Positions 38,211 through 50,135 of a stretch of 64,000 nt of DNA are shown here, in pieces. The notes below the pieces were generated by a model that saw only the letters and a program-made list of their open reading frames with translations, made no database searches and was not told the origin of the DNA. The stretch is from Ranitomeya imitator (taxonomy: Eukaryota). The position numbers were made by a program, and so were the translations under genes. Every line of letters begins with the position of its first letter. Positions within the stretch are counted from its first letter, which is position 1. The DNA lies in the NCBI RefSeq assembly GCF_032444005.1, contig NC_091285.1:641142001-641206000 (forward strand). The letters run 5' to 3'.

Positions 38211-38630
38211 TGGAGTATAAATATGGAGTATAAATACTGGGCCCTATAAGGGGGACACAGTGTGAGAGGACAGTGTGAAGAGGGGACCGGTATAGAAAGG
38301 AGAGGTCAGTGTGAAGAGCATGTACCATAAGAGGGACAGTGTGGGGGTCATACTTTGTGCAGACAATATAGTGAGGGGCAATTTTTTATTTGGGAGCATT
38401 ATAATGACACTTGTATCTTTAAGGGCGTCATGTGGAGACTTTCTGCAAAAGAGCGGCGAAGATGGAAGTCTGCAGAGACGGCTGTGGATGAGAAAAAACT
38501 CATCATGGGATCTGGACAAGATGAAGAAAAGGAGAACGGCTCCAGAGGCGACGTCATCTATCAGGTACCTGGATGTAAATGTTATTTGTGATGCTAACTC
38601 TCATGTTTTTATATATGCTAGGAGATTTAA

Positions 38631-38965
38631 AGGGACACTGTCACCTGAATTTGGAGGGAAAAATTTTCAGCCATAGGGGTGGGGTTTTCGGGTGTTTGAT
38701 TCACCCTTTCCATACCCGCTGGCTGCATGCTGGCTGCAATATTGGATTGAAGCTCATTCTCTGTCCTCCGTAGTACATACTGTACCTGCACAATCTGCAA
38801 TCTTGCCTTGTGCAGGCGTGTACTATGGAGGACAGAGAATGAGCTTCAATCCAATATTGCAGCCAGCATGCAGCCAGCGGGTAAGGAAAGGGTGAATCAA
38901 ACACCCGAAAACCCCGCCCCTATGGCTGAAAATTGTTCCCTCCAAATTCAGGTGACAGAGTCCCT
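38631..38965. mobile_element. Palindromic TTAA-flanked MITE (T2/Kolobok-like)
   Basis: TTAA-AGGGACACTGTCACCTGAATTTGGAGGGAA ... TTCCCTCCAAATTCAGGTGACAGAGTCCCT-TTTAA, with ~145-bp near-perfect arms. Confidence 0.82.
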
Positions 38966-39351
38966 TTTAAAGGGGATGTCCAGGCTTGTGATGAGTCTGC
39001 AGTCATTCTTTGTGACTGCAGACTTCTGAATTCTCACAGTGCACACTGCACGCTGTCAGGATTCTCTCATGCTGGGGATTTACATTAATGCGATCATGTG
39101 CTGACTAGACATGCGTGACCTCCGTCAATGAAAATGAACTGAGCGAGGCCGGGCACATCTAGTCGGAATGTGGTCAGAAGTATACAAATCACATACTTGT
39201 GCTGACATGACTGTCCACCGGCAAGGGAGAATCCTAAAAGTGTGCAGTGCATGCGTTGTGAGAATTCAGAAGCTGCGATGTCAGGATTCAGCTCTGCAAG
39301 TTCCAGTAGTCGTCACATGGACACGTCACTCATATGCGATTTTCAGACTTA

Positions 39352-39958
39352 GAGTATGTGTCCACGTTCAGGATTGCATCAGGATTTGGTCAGTATTTTA
39401 CATCAGTATTTGTAGCCAAAACCAGGAGTGGGTGATAAATACAGAAGTGGTGCATATGTTTCTATTATAGTTTTCCTCTAAGGCTATGTGTCCACTTTCA
39501 GGATGGCCGGCGGTATCGCCGGAGCGGCTTAGCCGCTCTGCGGTAAGCCCCGCCCCCTTTCTGGGACGCGATGATGCCGGATGTGTTCACAGCACACATC
39601 CGGCATCATCGCACCCCACCATAGCGCCCTGTGCTATATCTTGCGGCGACGCAGCGTCGCCGCAAGATATACGGACATGCTGCGATCTGAAAAGACGCGC
39701 AGCATGTCCGGAGTCGCAGGGCCACCGCGTGCGTGTTACCACGCATAGTGGAGACGGGATTTCATTAAATCCCCTCCACTATGCTGTAACATCTGGACGC
39801 TGCGTGTTTGACGTTGCGGCTCTATGCAGCGTCAGACACGCAGCGTTTCCTGCACGTGGAAACAGACCCTAATTGTTCCACTCCTGGTTTTGGCTTACAA
39901 ATACTGATGAAAAATCCTGACCAAATCCTGATGCAATCCTGAACGTGGACACATACTC
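39352..39958. mobile_element. PIF/Harbinger-type MITE (TTA TSD) containing a second Harbinger-type MITE at 39482-39869 (TAA TSD)
   Basis: Outer TIR GAGTATGTGTCCACGTTCAGGATTGCATCAGGATTTGGTCAG and its reverse complement, flanked by TTA. The inner element GGCTATGTGTCCAC...GTGGAAACAGACCC is flanked by TAA. Confidence 0.75.
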
Positions 39959-41543
39959 TTATGGTCCTGTGACAACGAGCTTCTCTTCTGCTTCTCTTAG
40001 TTTTTCACTGAACATTGAGAGCATTAGGGAGAGGAGCTCGTGGGCACATGACTGAGTGTGCAAATCACATATGTCCTTGGCGGAGGGGGGGCACCAAAAT
40101 GAATTCTTTCCCCGGGTGCCAGAAACCCTAGATACACCTCTGCCGGTATCCTACTGCGAGCGGCGATTACCGGGTCCGGTGGAGGGAGGTCTGTGCACAG
40201 GCAGTGAGGCAGGGACTGAGGGTGTGCACAGAGAGGATGGAGACCCGGACACTGCCCGTCCCAGTCTACGCCGTAGCCTAGAGCCCTCATTATCATAGGA
40301 ATATGTCAGTTAATAAATTGCTTTTCTGAAGCTTTATAGTGTAGTTATAGGTCAGGGAGGGTTGGATAGGGATGAGCTAGCAAGGTGCAGGGACAGGTAG
40401 TGATGGCTACTTGCGAACATGTGCGGCAATTGCGGTTTTGCACTTACGATGATACATAAAACACTGCTAGTAGTGTTTTTTCTCATTGCTGCAAGTACCG
40501 CATTTGCCGGATGGCGGCAAAACCGCAAGTGCCGCACATGTCTGTAAGTCCCATAGGGAATGAATGAGGCCGAATGCAGTGTTGCCCTAAGTGATCCATT
40601 ACGCGGCAGATGCGGAAAAACTGCCGGATCTGCTGCAAAAGGCGACTTTCACATCAGCGATTTTTGCCAAAGTCACTGCCGATAGTGTTATACTCACCAA
40701 AGGGGGAGGCAGCACTAAAAGTGCCTAGGGCAGCAGAAACTCTAAATACGGCCCTGCACGCATATAGTGCCCACATTGCTATATACTACGTGGGCTGTGT
40801 TACATACTGCGTGGGCTCTGTTATATACTACATCTATGTGCTATATACGATGTAGCTGGGCAATATACAACGTGACTGTCCAATATACTACGTAGCTGTG
40901 CAATATACTATGTGGCTGTGTCGGTTCTGTTATATACTACATCGACTGTGCAATATACTACGTGGCTCTGTTATATACTACGTGGCAGTGCAATATACTA
41001 TGATATACGACGTGGCTATGTTATATACTACATGGCTCTGCTACATACTATGTGGCTGACCAATATACTACGTACCTGTGCAAAACACTACGTGGCTATG
41101 TTATATACTACGTGGCTGTGTTATATACTACGTAGCTCTGCTATATACTATGTACGCTGTGTTACATTCTACGTCGGTTGTGTTCTATACTACTGTGCAA
41201 TATAGCATGTAGCCTGTGCTATATACTACCTACATATTCTAGAATACCAGATACGTTAGAATCGGGCCACGTTCTAGTATATACAGTATATAACTGGTAG
41301 TCTGTAGGGAAAGTTAGAAAGTTCCAGACATCCGTCTGAGGAGGACAGAGGGTTTACAGAGCTGTGCATGCCCTCAGAGCTGCAGCTCCCAGAAAGACAT
41401 TTTAGAAAGCAGAATTGATTGCAGCGAGCGTGCGAGAGATTAAGCACAGGAGAGGATACCAGCAGGGGACCAGCCCCAAGCAGGCTGCCTCCTTCTGAGG
41501 CGCAGAACACCGGTAGCCGGTATACCGAGGTTGTAAGGACCTC

Positions 41544-41589
<46 letters not shown>

Positions 41590-41949
41590 CTGTGAGGACC
41601 TTATGTGAAGCTTAGCAGTAAGGGACTACACCACTACAGCGCAAAGGAAAGCTTTTACTTTCCACCTGGATAAGGGGACTGTGGACTTGCCTCCGAACCG
41701 GCCGGACCCTGCCTGCCCTGTGATCTGGTGCCCTGGACTGTGGCTGCTGAAGTCTTCAGTAAACGAGGTAAAGAGACTGCAACCTTGTGTCCTCGTTCCT
41801 TACTGCACCTCTCACTATACCACCATTTACACACTGGGAGGCCCTGGGGATATATTTCACCTGTGGGAAGGTATACCATGTAGATGCCATAACATCACCC
41901 CAGCGGACCCCTTAAAGCAGCGTCAGTCACCCTGACCGAATACCACAGG

Positions 41950-41963
41950 TGGCATCACGAACA
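41950..41963 (+). promoter_or_regulatory. Primer-binding-site-like motif after the LTR (copies at 51610-51623 and 60784-60797)
   Basis: TGGC(A/G)TCACGAACA lies 2 nt after the LTR-terminal CA. It is recalled as complementary to a vertebrate tRNA-Ser(CGA) 3' end; not verified. Confidence 0.6.
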
Positions 41964-42104
41964 TAAACTTTATTCCCTTTAAAGACCGTTCCCTTTTACA
42001 TGGGCACCCAGGGCCACGGACCGGGTTGCAGCCACCGTGACATCCCCCTGTGAACACCGGTACCGAGTACCCCCAACCTGCGGGGAGACTCATCTTTTAG
42101 TTGT

Positions 42105-42430
42105 ACGGAGTGCAGCCGCGTGTGTATGAGGTGTATGGAGCGGAGCCGTGTGTGCAAGGTGTATGGAGCAGAGTCATGTGTGTGTATGAAGTGTACGAAG
42201 TGGAGCCGCATGTGTACGAGGTGTACGGAGCGTACGCTAGCTGTGTCGGATCAGAGCAGATATTGCTCCTCGCTCTGACACTGACTGGCAGAGGAAACAT
42301 GGAGAGGTCTTTATCAGTGGCATACCGGAGCTGCAGCGACGTGAGCAGTCAGCGGTGCGGCGCAGCTGGATGACATCATTCAGCGCCACGGGAGTGGAAG
42401 CTGCCGGCTGCTGTAAGGGAGTGCATTGCA

Positions 42431-42508
<78 letters not shown>

Positions 42509-43636
42509 AGTGATGGAGCAGACAATAATGGGGGTGTGAAGGCAATGATGCGGTGGGGTAACCATTTATGACCATTATACTGTACGCAGTATCATGTGGG
42601 GCCATAATATTGTACCCAGCATCATATGGCACCATTATACTGTACAAAGCATCATGTGAGGCAATTATACAGTATGCAGCATCATGTGGGCCCATTATAC
42701 TGCACGGAGCATCACATGGGGCCAGTATACTGCACGCAACATCATGTGGGCCATTATACTGTACGCAGCATTATGTGTGGCCATTATACAGTATGGTGCA
42801 TCATTTGTGGCCATTATACAGTATGGAGCACTGTGTGGCCATTATACAGTATGGAGCACTGTGTGGCCATTATACAGTATGGAGCACTGTGTGGCCATTA
42901 TACAGTATGGAGCATAATGTGTGGCCATTATACAATGGAGCATAATGTGTGGCCATTTTACAGTATGGAGCATCATGTGTGGCCATTATACAGTATGGAG
43001 CACTGTGTGGCCATTATACGGTATGGAGCACCATGTGGCCATTATACAGTATTGAGCATCATGTGTGGCCATTATACAGTATAGAGCATAATGTGTGGCC
43101 ATTATACAATGGAGCATCATGTGTGGCCATTATACAGTATGGAGCATCATGTGGGGCCATTATACAGAATAGAGCATAATGTGTGACCATTATACAATGG
43201 AGCATCATGTGTGGCCACCCATTATACAGTATGGAGCATCATGTGGGGCCATTATACAGTATGGAGCATCATGTGGGGCCATTATACAGTATGGAGCATC
43301 ATGTGTGGCCATTATACAGTATGGAGCATCATGTGTGGCCATTATACAGTATTGAGCATCATGTGTGGCCATTATACAGTATTGAGCATCATGTGTGGCC
43401 ATTATACAGTATGGAGCATCATGTGTAGCCACTATACAGTATTGAGCACTGTGTGGCCATTTTTTTTGTTTATAATTATTATTTATGAAACAGTGTGATC
43501 AGCAGTGCTAAATGGGTGTGGTAGGGGCTTGGAAATGGGTGTGACTAGTTGTAAAATGGGTGTGGTCAGAGGCGTGGCCTATAATTTGCCGCTGTGCGCG
43601 CCGCAAACTTCAATCCTTCAAAAGTTGGGAGATATG
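42105..43636 (+). repeat. Remainder of the minisatellite-bearing element: 30-mer remnant, (TG)n, 30-bp CCATTATACAGTATGGAGCATCATGTGTGG array (42570-43460), and an AAAGTTGGGAGATATG TIR-like end
   Basis: The tandem units are visible directly. The terminal motif resembles the end of CATACCTCCCAAC-type non-autonomous DNA elements; no matching left TIR was found. Confidence 0.7.
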
Positions 43637-43641
43637 CCATG

Positions 43642-44475
43642 CCTAAAGGTGTTCAGTCTTAGAGATATTCAGTCTTAAAAATATTACCGGCAAGAAACCA
43701 TAACTAAACTGTCTATTACCGTATGAGGCAGCGCATAGTGCCAGCACTAGAGGACCTGGTGTCTGTCTCGGTATTATGCCAACATAGGCAGTCGGATGGT
43801 GCGATGTCGGAGAGCTGTCCCGGGTGGTTACCTCAGTAAAAAAAAAAAAGTTCAACCTCGCTGTTAAGTATGGGGGGTCATATATACCATCAGATGCCCA
43901 TGCCACAAATTCTATGTGGGACGTACCAAACGTCCACTTAATGTGAGGACAAATGAACACATTAGAAATATAAAGAAAAAGTTCACAGGCCACCCCTTAT
44001 CCAAACATTTTGTAGAAAACCATGGGGGGTGGTACCAAACATGGTGGTTACTGGTCTTGAAATTGTACATCCAGATTGGAGAAAAGGCAATTTTATTAAA
44101 TCCATGTCTCGACACTAATTCCTAGAGGACTTAACAGTGAGGTTTTTTGTTTTTTACTGAATTAACATCACCTGACCTTCGGGTTAGATATTTAAGGGCT
44201 TTCATCCAGCAGGGGGACAATCCCTGAGGAAGGAAACCGTGTTTCTGAAATGCGTTGGTTTAATGGTCCTTCCTACGATACGGTAATATTTTTAAGACTA
44301 AATGTCTCTAAGACTGAACGCCTTTAGGTAATTTATTGTGCAAAATTGCATATGCAGATGTGGTGTAATATACATGGTGCTTTTCAATCCCTTACCTGCT
44401 ATTACCATTACACTATATCACCATTGGTTACCATACTTACTGGGCATTTATTTACTAAAAATAAGGATTTATCAG
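43642..44475 (+). mobile_element. Penelope-like element remnant: inverted terminal piece, GIY-YIG endonuclease fragment, terminal repeat with hammerhead motif
   Basis: 43874-44026 encodes GVIYTIRCPCHKFYVGRTKRPLNVRTNEHIRNIKK..HPLSKHF. Segment 43642-43689 is an inverted copy of 44281-44328. Confidence 0.85.
44219..44260 (+). ncRNA. Minimal type-I hammerhead-like motif of the Penelope terminal repeat
   Basis: AATCC-CTGAGGA-A-GGAAAC-CGT-GTTTCT-GAAA-TGCG-TT-GGTTT. It has a CUGANGA core, a 6-bp stem II, GAAA and a weak stem I. The canonical GAAAC is GAAAT here. Confidence 0.55.
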
Positions 44476-44727
44476 TGCGAATACACTCTTTTATGATTTT
44501 TTTTCCACTTATCACATGATGCTAAACACGATTGATTAAAATCACATGTATTTGCAATAAGGAAAAAGTAAAACGAAAAGAAGACCAAAAAAAAAAAGCA
44601 ATAATATAACCAAATCCGGGGAAACTACAATTAGCACAATCACAGCAGACAGCGATCAAAACAAAAAAAAATAAAAACTTTTCTTGGGAAACAAAAAACA
44701 AACAAACAAATAATGTACATATTATGT

Positions 44728-45495
44728 ACATCACTGAGGTATATACATCACATGAGGCAGACACTGGGGTATATACGTCACATGAGGCAGACACTGGGGT
44801 ATATACGTCACATGAGACAGACACTGGGGTATATACATCACATGAGACAGACACTGGGGTATATACATCACATGAGACAGACACTGGGGTATATACATCA
44901 CATGAGACAGACACTGGGGTATATACATCACATGAGACAGACACTGGGGTATATACATCACATGAGACAGACACTGGGGTATATACATCACATGAGACAG
45001 ACACTGGGGTATATACATCACATGAGACAGACACTGGGGTATATACATCACATGAGGCAGACACTGGGGTATATACATCACATGAGGCAGACACTGGGGT
45101 ATATACATCACATGAGACAGACACTGGGGTATATACATCACATGAGACAGACACTGGGGTATATACATCACATGAGACAGACGCTGGGGTATATACATCA
45201 CATGAGACAGACACTGGGGTATATACATCACATGAGGCAGACACTGGGGTATATACATCACATGAGACAGACACTGGGGTATATACATCACATGAGACAG
45301 ACACTGGGGTATATACATCACATGAGACAGACACTGGGGTATATACATCACATGAGACAGACGCTGGGGTATATACATCACATGAGACAGACACTGGGGT
45401 ATATACATCACATGAGACAGACGCTGGGGTATATACATCACATGAGACAGACGCTGGGGTATATACATCACATGAGACAGACGCTGGGGTATATA
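44728..45495 (+). repeat. 30-bp minisatellite ATATACATCACATGAGACAGACACTGGGGT (further arrays at 49160-50135 and 57415-59309)
   Basis: Homogeneous tandem units; the source of the MRQTLGYIHH / VYTSHETDTG ORFs. Confidence 0.97.
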
Positions 45496-47147
45496 CAGTT
45501 AGGGCCAGAAATATTTGGACAGTGACACAAGTTTTGTTATTTTAGCTGTTTACAAAAACATGTTCAGAAATACAATTATATATATAATATGGGCTGAAAG
45601 TGCACACTCCCAGCTGCAATATGATAGTTTCCACATCCAAATCGGAGAAAGGGTTTAGGAATCATAGCTCTGTAATGCATAGCGTCCTCTTTTTCAAGGG
45701 ACCAAAAGTAATTGGACAATGGACTCTAAGGGCTGCAATTAACTCTGAAGGCGTCTCCCTCGTTAACCTGTAATCAATGAAGTAGTTAAAAGGTCAGGGG
45801 TGGATTCCAGGTGTGTGGTTTTGCATTTGGAAGCTGTTGCTGTGAGCAGACAACATGCGGTCAAAGGAACTCTCAATTGAGGTGAAGCAGAACATCCTGA
45901 GGCTGAAAAAAAAGAAAAAATCCATCAGAGAGATAGCAGACATGCTTGGAGTAGCAGAATCAACAGTTGGGTACATTCTGAGAAAAAAGGAATTGACTGG
46001 TGAGCTTGGGAACTCAAAAAGGCCTGGGCGTCCACGGATGACAACACTGGTGGATGATCGCCGCATACTTAATTTGGTGAAGAAGAACCCGTTCACAACA
46101 TCAACTGAAGTCCAGAACACTCTCAGTGAAGTAGGTGTATCTGTCTCTAAGTCAACAGTAAAGAGAAGACTCCATGACAGTAAATACAAAGGGTTCACAT
46201 CTAGATGCAAACCATTCATCAATACCAAAAATAGACAGGCCAGAGTTAAATTTGCAGAAAAACACCTCAAGAAGCCAGCTCAGTTCTGGAAAAGTATTCT
46301 ATGGACAGATGAGACAAAGATCAACCTGTACCAGAATGATGGGAAGAAAAAAGTTTGGAGAAGAAAGGGAACGGCACATGATCCAAGGCACACCACATCC
46401 TCTGTAAAACATGGTGGAGGCAACGTGATGGCATGGGCATGCATGGCTTTCAATGGCACTGGGTCACTTGTGTTTATTGATGACATAAGAGCAGACAAGA
46501 GTAGCCGGATGAATTCTGAAGTGTACCGGGATATACTTTCAGCCCAGATTCAGCCAAATGCTGCAAAGTTGATTGGACGGCGCTTCATAGTACAGATGGA
46601 CAATGACCCCAAGCATACAGCCAAAGCTACCCAGGAGTTCATGAGAGCCAAAAAGTGGAACATTCTGCAATGGCCAAGTCAATCTCCAGATCTAAACCCA
46701 ATTGAGCATGCATTTCACTTGCTCAAATCCAGACTTAAGACGGAAAGACCCACAAACAAGCAAGACCTGAAGGCTGCGGCTGTAAAGGTCTGGCAAAGCA
46801 TTAAGAAGGAGGAAACCCAGCGTTTGGTGATGTCCATGGGTTCCAGACTTAAGGCAGTGATTGCCTCCAAAGGATTTGCAACAAAATATTGAAAATAAAA
46901 ATATTTTGTTTGGGTTATGTTTATTTGTCCAATTACTTTTGACCTCCTAAAATGTGGAGTGTTTGTAAAGAAATGTGTACAATTCCTACATTTTCTATCA
47001 GATATTTTTGTTCAACCCTTCAAATTAAACGTTACAATCTGCACTTGAATTCTGTTGTAGAGGTTTCATTTCAAATCCAATGTGGTGGCATGCAGAGCCC
47101 AACTCGTGAAAATTGTGTCACTGTCCAAATATTTCTGGCCCTAACTG
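45496..47147 (+). mobile_element. Full-length Tc1 (DD34E, IR/DR-like) transposon, copy A
   Basis: TA-CAGTTAGGGCCAGAAATATTTGGACAGTGACACAA ... TTGTGTCACTGTCCAAATATTTCTGGCCCTAACTG-TA. A second inner 17-bp inverted pair lies at 45703-45719 / 46925-46941. Confidence 0.97.
45855..46892 (+). CDS. Tc1 transposase, intact 345 aa
   Basis: HTH and GRPR linker, WTDETK, MDNDPKH, WPSQSPDLNPIE. D-to-E spacing counted as 34. Confidence 0.95.
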   Translation: MRSKELSIEVKQNILRLKKKKKSIREIADMLGVAESTVGYILRKKELTGELGNSKRPGRPRMTTLVDDRRILNLVKKNPFTTSTEVQNTLSEVGVSVSKSTVKRRLHDSKYKGFTSRCKPFINTKNRQARVKFAEKHLKKPAQFWKSILWTDETKINLYQNDGKKKVWRRKGTAHDPRHTTSSVKHGGGNVMAWACMAFNGTGSLVFIDDIRADKSSRMNSEVYRDILSAQIQPNAAKLIGRRFIVQMDNDPKHTAKATQEFMRAKKWNILQWPSQSPDLNPIEHAFHLLKSRLKTERPTNKQDLKAAAVKVWQSIKKEETQRLVMSMGSRLKAVIASKGFATKY

Positions 47148-48636
47148 TACATCACAGGAGACAGACACTGGGGTATATACATCACATGAGACAGACACTG
47201 GGGTATATACATCACTGGGGCTGACACTGGGGTATATAAATCACTGGGGCAGATACTGGGGTATATACATCACTGGGGCAGACACTGGGGTATATACATC
47301 ACATGAGGCAGACACTGGGGTATATAAATCACTGGGGCAGACACTGGGGTATATACATCACTGGGGCAGACACTGGGGTATATACATCACTGGGGCAGAC
47401 ACTGGGGTATATACATCACTGGGGCAGACACTGGGGTATATACATCACTGACACTGGGGTATATACATCACATGAGACAGACACTGAGGTATATAAATCA
47501 CTGGGGCAGACACTGGGCTTTATATACATCACTGGGGCAGACACTGGGGTATATACATCACTGCGGCTGACACTGGGGTATATACATCACTGGGGCTGAC
47601 ACTGGGGTATATACATCACTGGGGCTGACACTGGAGTATATACATCACTGGGGCTGACACTGGGGTATATACATCACTGGGGCTGACACTGGGGTATATA
47701 CATCACTGGGGCTGACACTGGGGTATATACATCACTGGGGCTGACACTGGAGTATATACATCACTGGGGCTGACACTGGGGTATATACATCACTGGGGCT
47801 GACACTGGAGTATATACATCACTGGGGCTGACACTGGGGTATATACATCACTGGGGCTGACACTGGAGTATATACATCACTGGGGCTGACACTGGAGTAT
47901 ATACATCACTGGGGCTGACACTGGAGTATATACATCACTGGGGCTGACACTGGAGTATATACATCACTGGGGCTGACACTGGAGTATATACATCACTGGG
48001 GCTGACACTGGAGTATATACATCACTGGGGCTGACACTGGAGTATATACATCACTGGGGCTGACACTGGGGTATATACATCACTGGGGCTGACACTGGAG
48101 TATATACATCACTGGGGCTGACACTGGGGTATATACATCACTGGGGCTGACACTGGGGTATATACATCACTGGGGCTGACACTGGAGTATATACATCACT
48201 GGGGCTGACACTGGAGTATATACATCACTGGGGCTGACACTGGGGTATATACATCACTGGGGCTGACACTGGGGTATATACATCACTGGGGCTGACACTG
48301 GGGTATATACATCACTGACACTGGGGTATATACATCACTGGGGCTGACACTGGGGTATATACATCACTGGGGCTGACACTGGGGTATATACATCACTGAC
48401 ACTGGGGTATATACATCACTGACACTGGGGTATATACATCACTGGGGCTGACACTGGGGTATATACATCACTGGGGCTGACACTGGGGTATATACATCAC
48501 TGGGGCTGACACTGGGGTATATACATCACTGGGGCTGACACTGGGGTATATACATCACTGGGGCTGACACTGGGGTATATACTTCACTGGGGCTGACACT
48601 GGGGTATATACAACACTGGGGCTGACACTGGGGTAT
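47148..48636 (+). repeat. 29-bp minisatellite ATATACATCACTGGGGCTGACACTGGRGT with 23-bp variants (second array at 55053-56885)
   Basis: Tandem units sharing both ends with the 30-mer family. Confidence 0.95.
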
Positions 48637-48669
48637 GTATTGTATACAGTACAAAAAGGAAAAAAAATA

Positions 48670-48865
48670 ACCAGCTCACCTGCGGCGTGTACAAGTGCGG
48701 AACCCGTGTAGTCTCACATGTGGTGATCAAAAAATAGGTTAATCCAGCTTCTTATAAAATTAAATTTTATTTATCAAAAATTAAAAAGGAAGATGATGAC
48801 AGACAAGATGTAACATAACAAGTGGCTACGAGTTTCGAATACAAAGTGTCCTTTCCCAAGCTACA
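48670..48865 (-). mobile_element. Probable Penelope-type terminal fragment with degenerate hammerhead-like motif (copy at ~56920-57115)
   Basis: Minus strand CTTGGGAAAGG...TTCGAAACTCGTAG and a terminal CAG|GTGAG, similar in layout to the fragment at 5176-5370. Confidence 0.4.
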
Positions 48866-50135
48866 CATACTAAAACCTTCATGGAATTTATACCATGATT
48901 AACCAATTAGAAGGTATTCACTCATCACATGATGCTAAACACGATTGATTAAAATCACATGCATTTATAATAAGGAAAAAGAAAAAAGAAACCCAAAATC
49001 CCAGCAATAATATAACCAAATCCCAGAAAACTACAATTGGCATAATTACAGCAGACAGCATTCAAAACCCCCAAAAAGTAAAAAAAAAATTTGAGAAACA
49101 AACAATTTTTTTTTACATATTTATGTACATCACTGGGGCTGACACTGTGGTATATATATATATCACATGAGACAGACACTGGGGTATATACATCACATGA
49201 GGCAGACACTGGGGTATATACATCACATGAGACAGACACTGGGGTATATACATCACATGAGACAGACACTGGGGTATATACATCACATGAGACAGACACT
49301 GGGGTATATACATCACATGAGGCAGACACTGGGGTATATACATCACATGAGACAGACACTGGGGTATATACATCACATGAGACAGACACTGGGGTACATA
49401 CATCACATGAGACAGACACTGGGGTATATACATCACATGAGACAGACACTGGGGTATATACATCACATGAGGCAGACACTGGGGTATATACATCACATGA
49501 GACAGACACTGGGGTATATACATCACATGAGACAGACACTGGGGTATATACATCACATGAGACAGACACTGGGGTATATACATCACATGAGGCAGACACT
49601 GGGGTATATACATCACATGAGGCAGACACTGGGGTATATACATCACATGAGACAGACACTGGGGTATATACATCACATGAGACAGACACTGGGGTATATA
49701 CATCACATGAGACAGACACTGGGGTATATACATCACATGAGACAGACACTGGAGTATATACATCACATGAGACAGACACTGGAGTATATACATCACATGA
49801 GACAGACACTGGGGTATATACATCACATGAGACAGATACTGGGGTATATACATCACATGAGGCAGACACTGGGGTATATACATCACATGAGACAGACACT
49901 GGGGTATATACATCACATAAGAGACACTGGGGTATATACATCACATAAGACAGACACTGGGGTATATACATCACATGAGACAGACACTGGGGTATATACA
50001 TCATATGAGACAGACACTGGAGTATATACATCACATGAGACAGACACTGGGGTATATACATCACATGAGACAGATACTGGGGTATATACATCACATGAGA
50101 CAGACACTGGGGTACATACATCACATGAGACAGAC

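Larger units (their letters stand above)
36309..40756. mobile_element. Non-autonomous hAT-type element (4448 bp) with 8-bp TSD
   Basis: TIR CAGGGCCGTATTT / AAATACGGCCCTG. TSD CACGCATA at 36301-36308 and 40757-40764. Empty sites with a single CACGCATA at 50447 and 59621. Confidence 0.92.
35706..41277 (+). mobile_element. Non-autonomous Helitron (same family as 30101-31960) carrying a hAT insertion
   Basis: A|TCTACTATATAATTGTCTAAGGG at 35706 and ...GTTAGAATCGGGCCACGTTCTAG|T at 41277. Degenerate 20-bp array at 40790-41220. Confidence 0.85.
35531..41947 (+). mobile_element. LTR (probably Gypsy-type), split by a Helitron: 35531-35705 plus 41278-41947
   Basis: Starts TGTGGCGCCCC and ends ...ATACCACA, followed by GG and a PBS-like motif. 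Contains (AG)n at ~41547-41587. The halves meet at the Helitron A|T site. Confidence 0.65.

Noticed and set aside
36607-38328. Pro/His-rich and Gly-rich ORFs of 270-570 aa
   Set aside because: Translations of the 29-bp G-rich array inside a non-autonomous hAT.
38692-38904. Two nearly identical ORFs on opposite strands (MFDSPFPYPLAACW...)
   Set aside because: A consequence of the palindromic MITE, not genes.
42237-42695. Poly-HT ORFs (also at ~52000 and ~61200)
   Set aside because: Translations of the (TG)n microsatellite.
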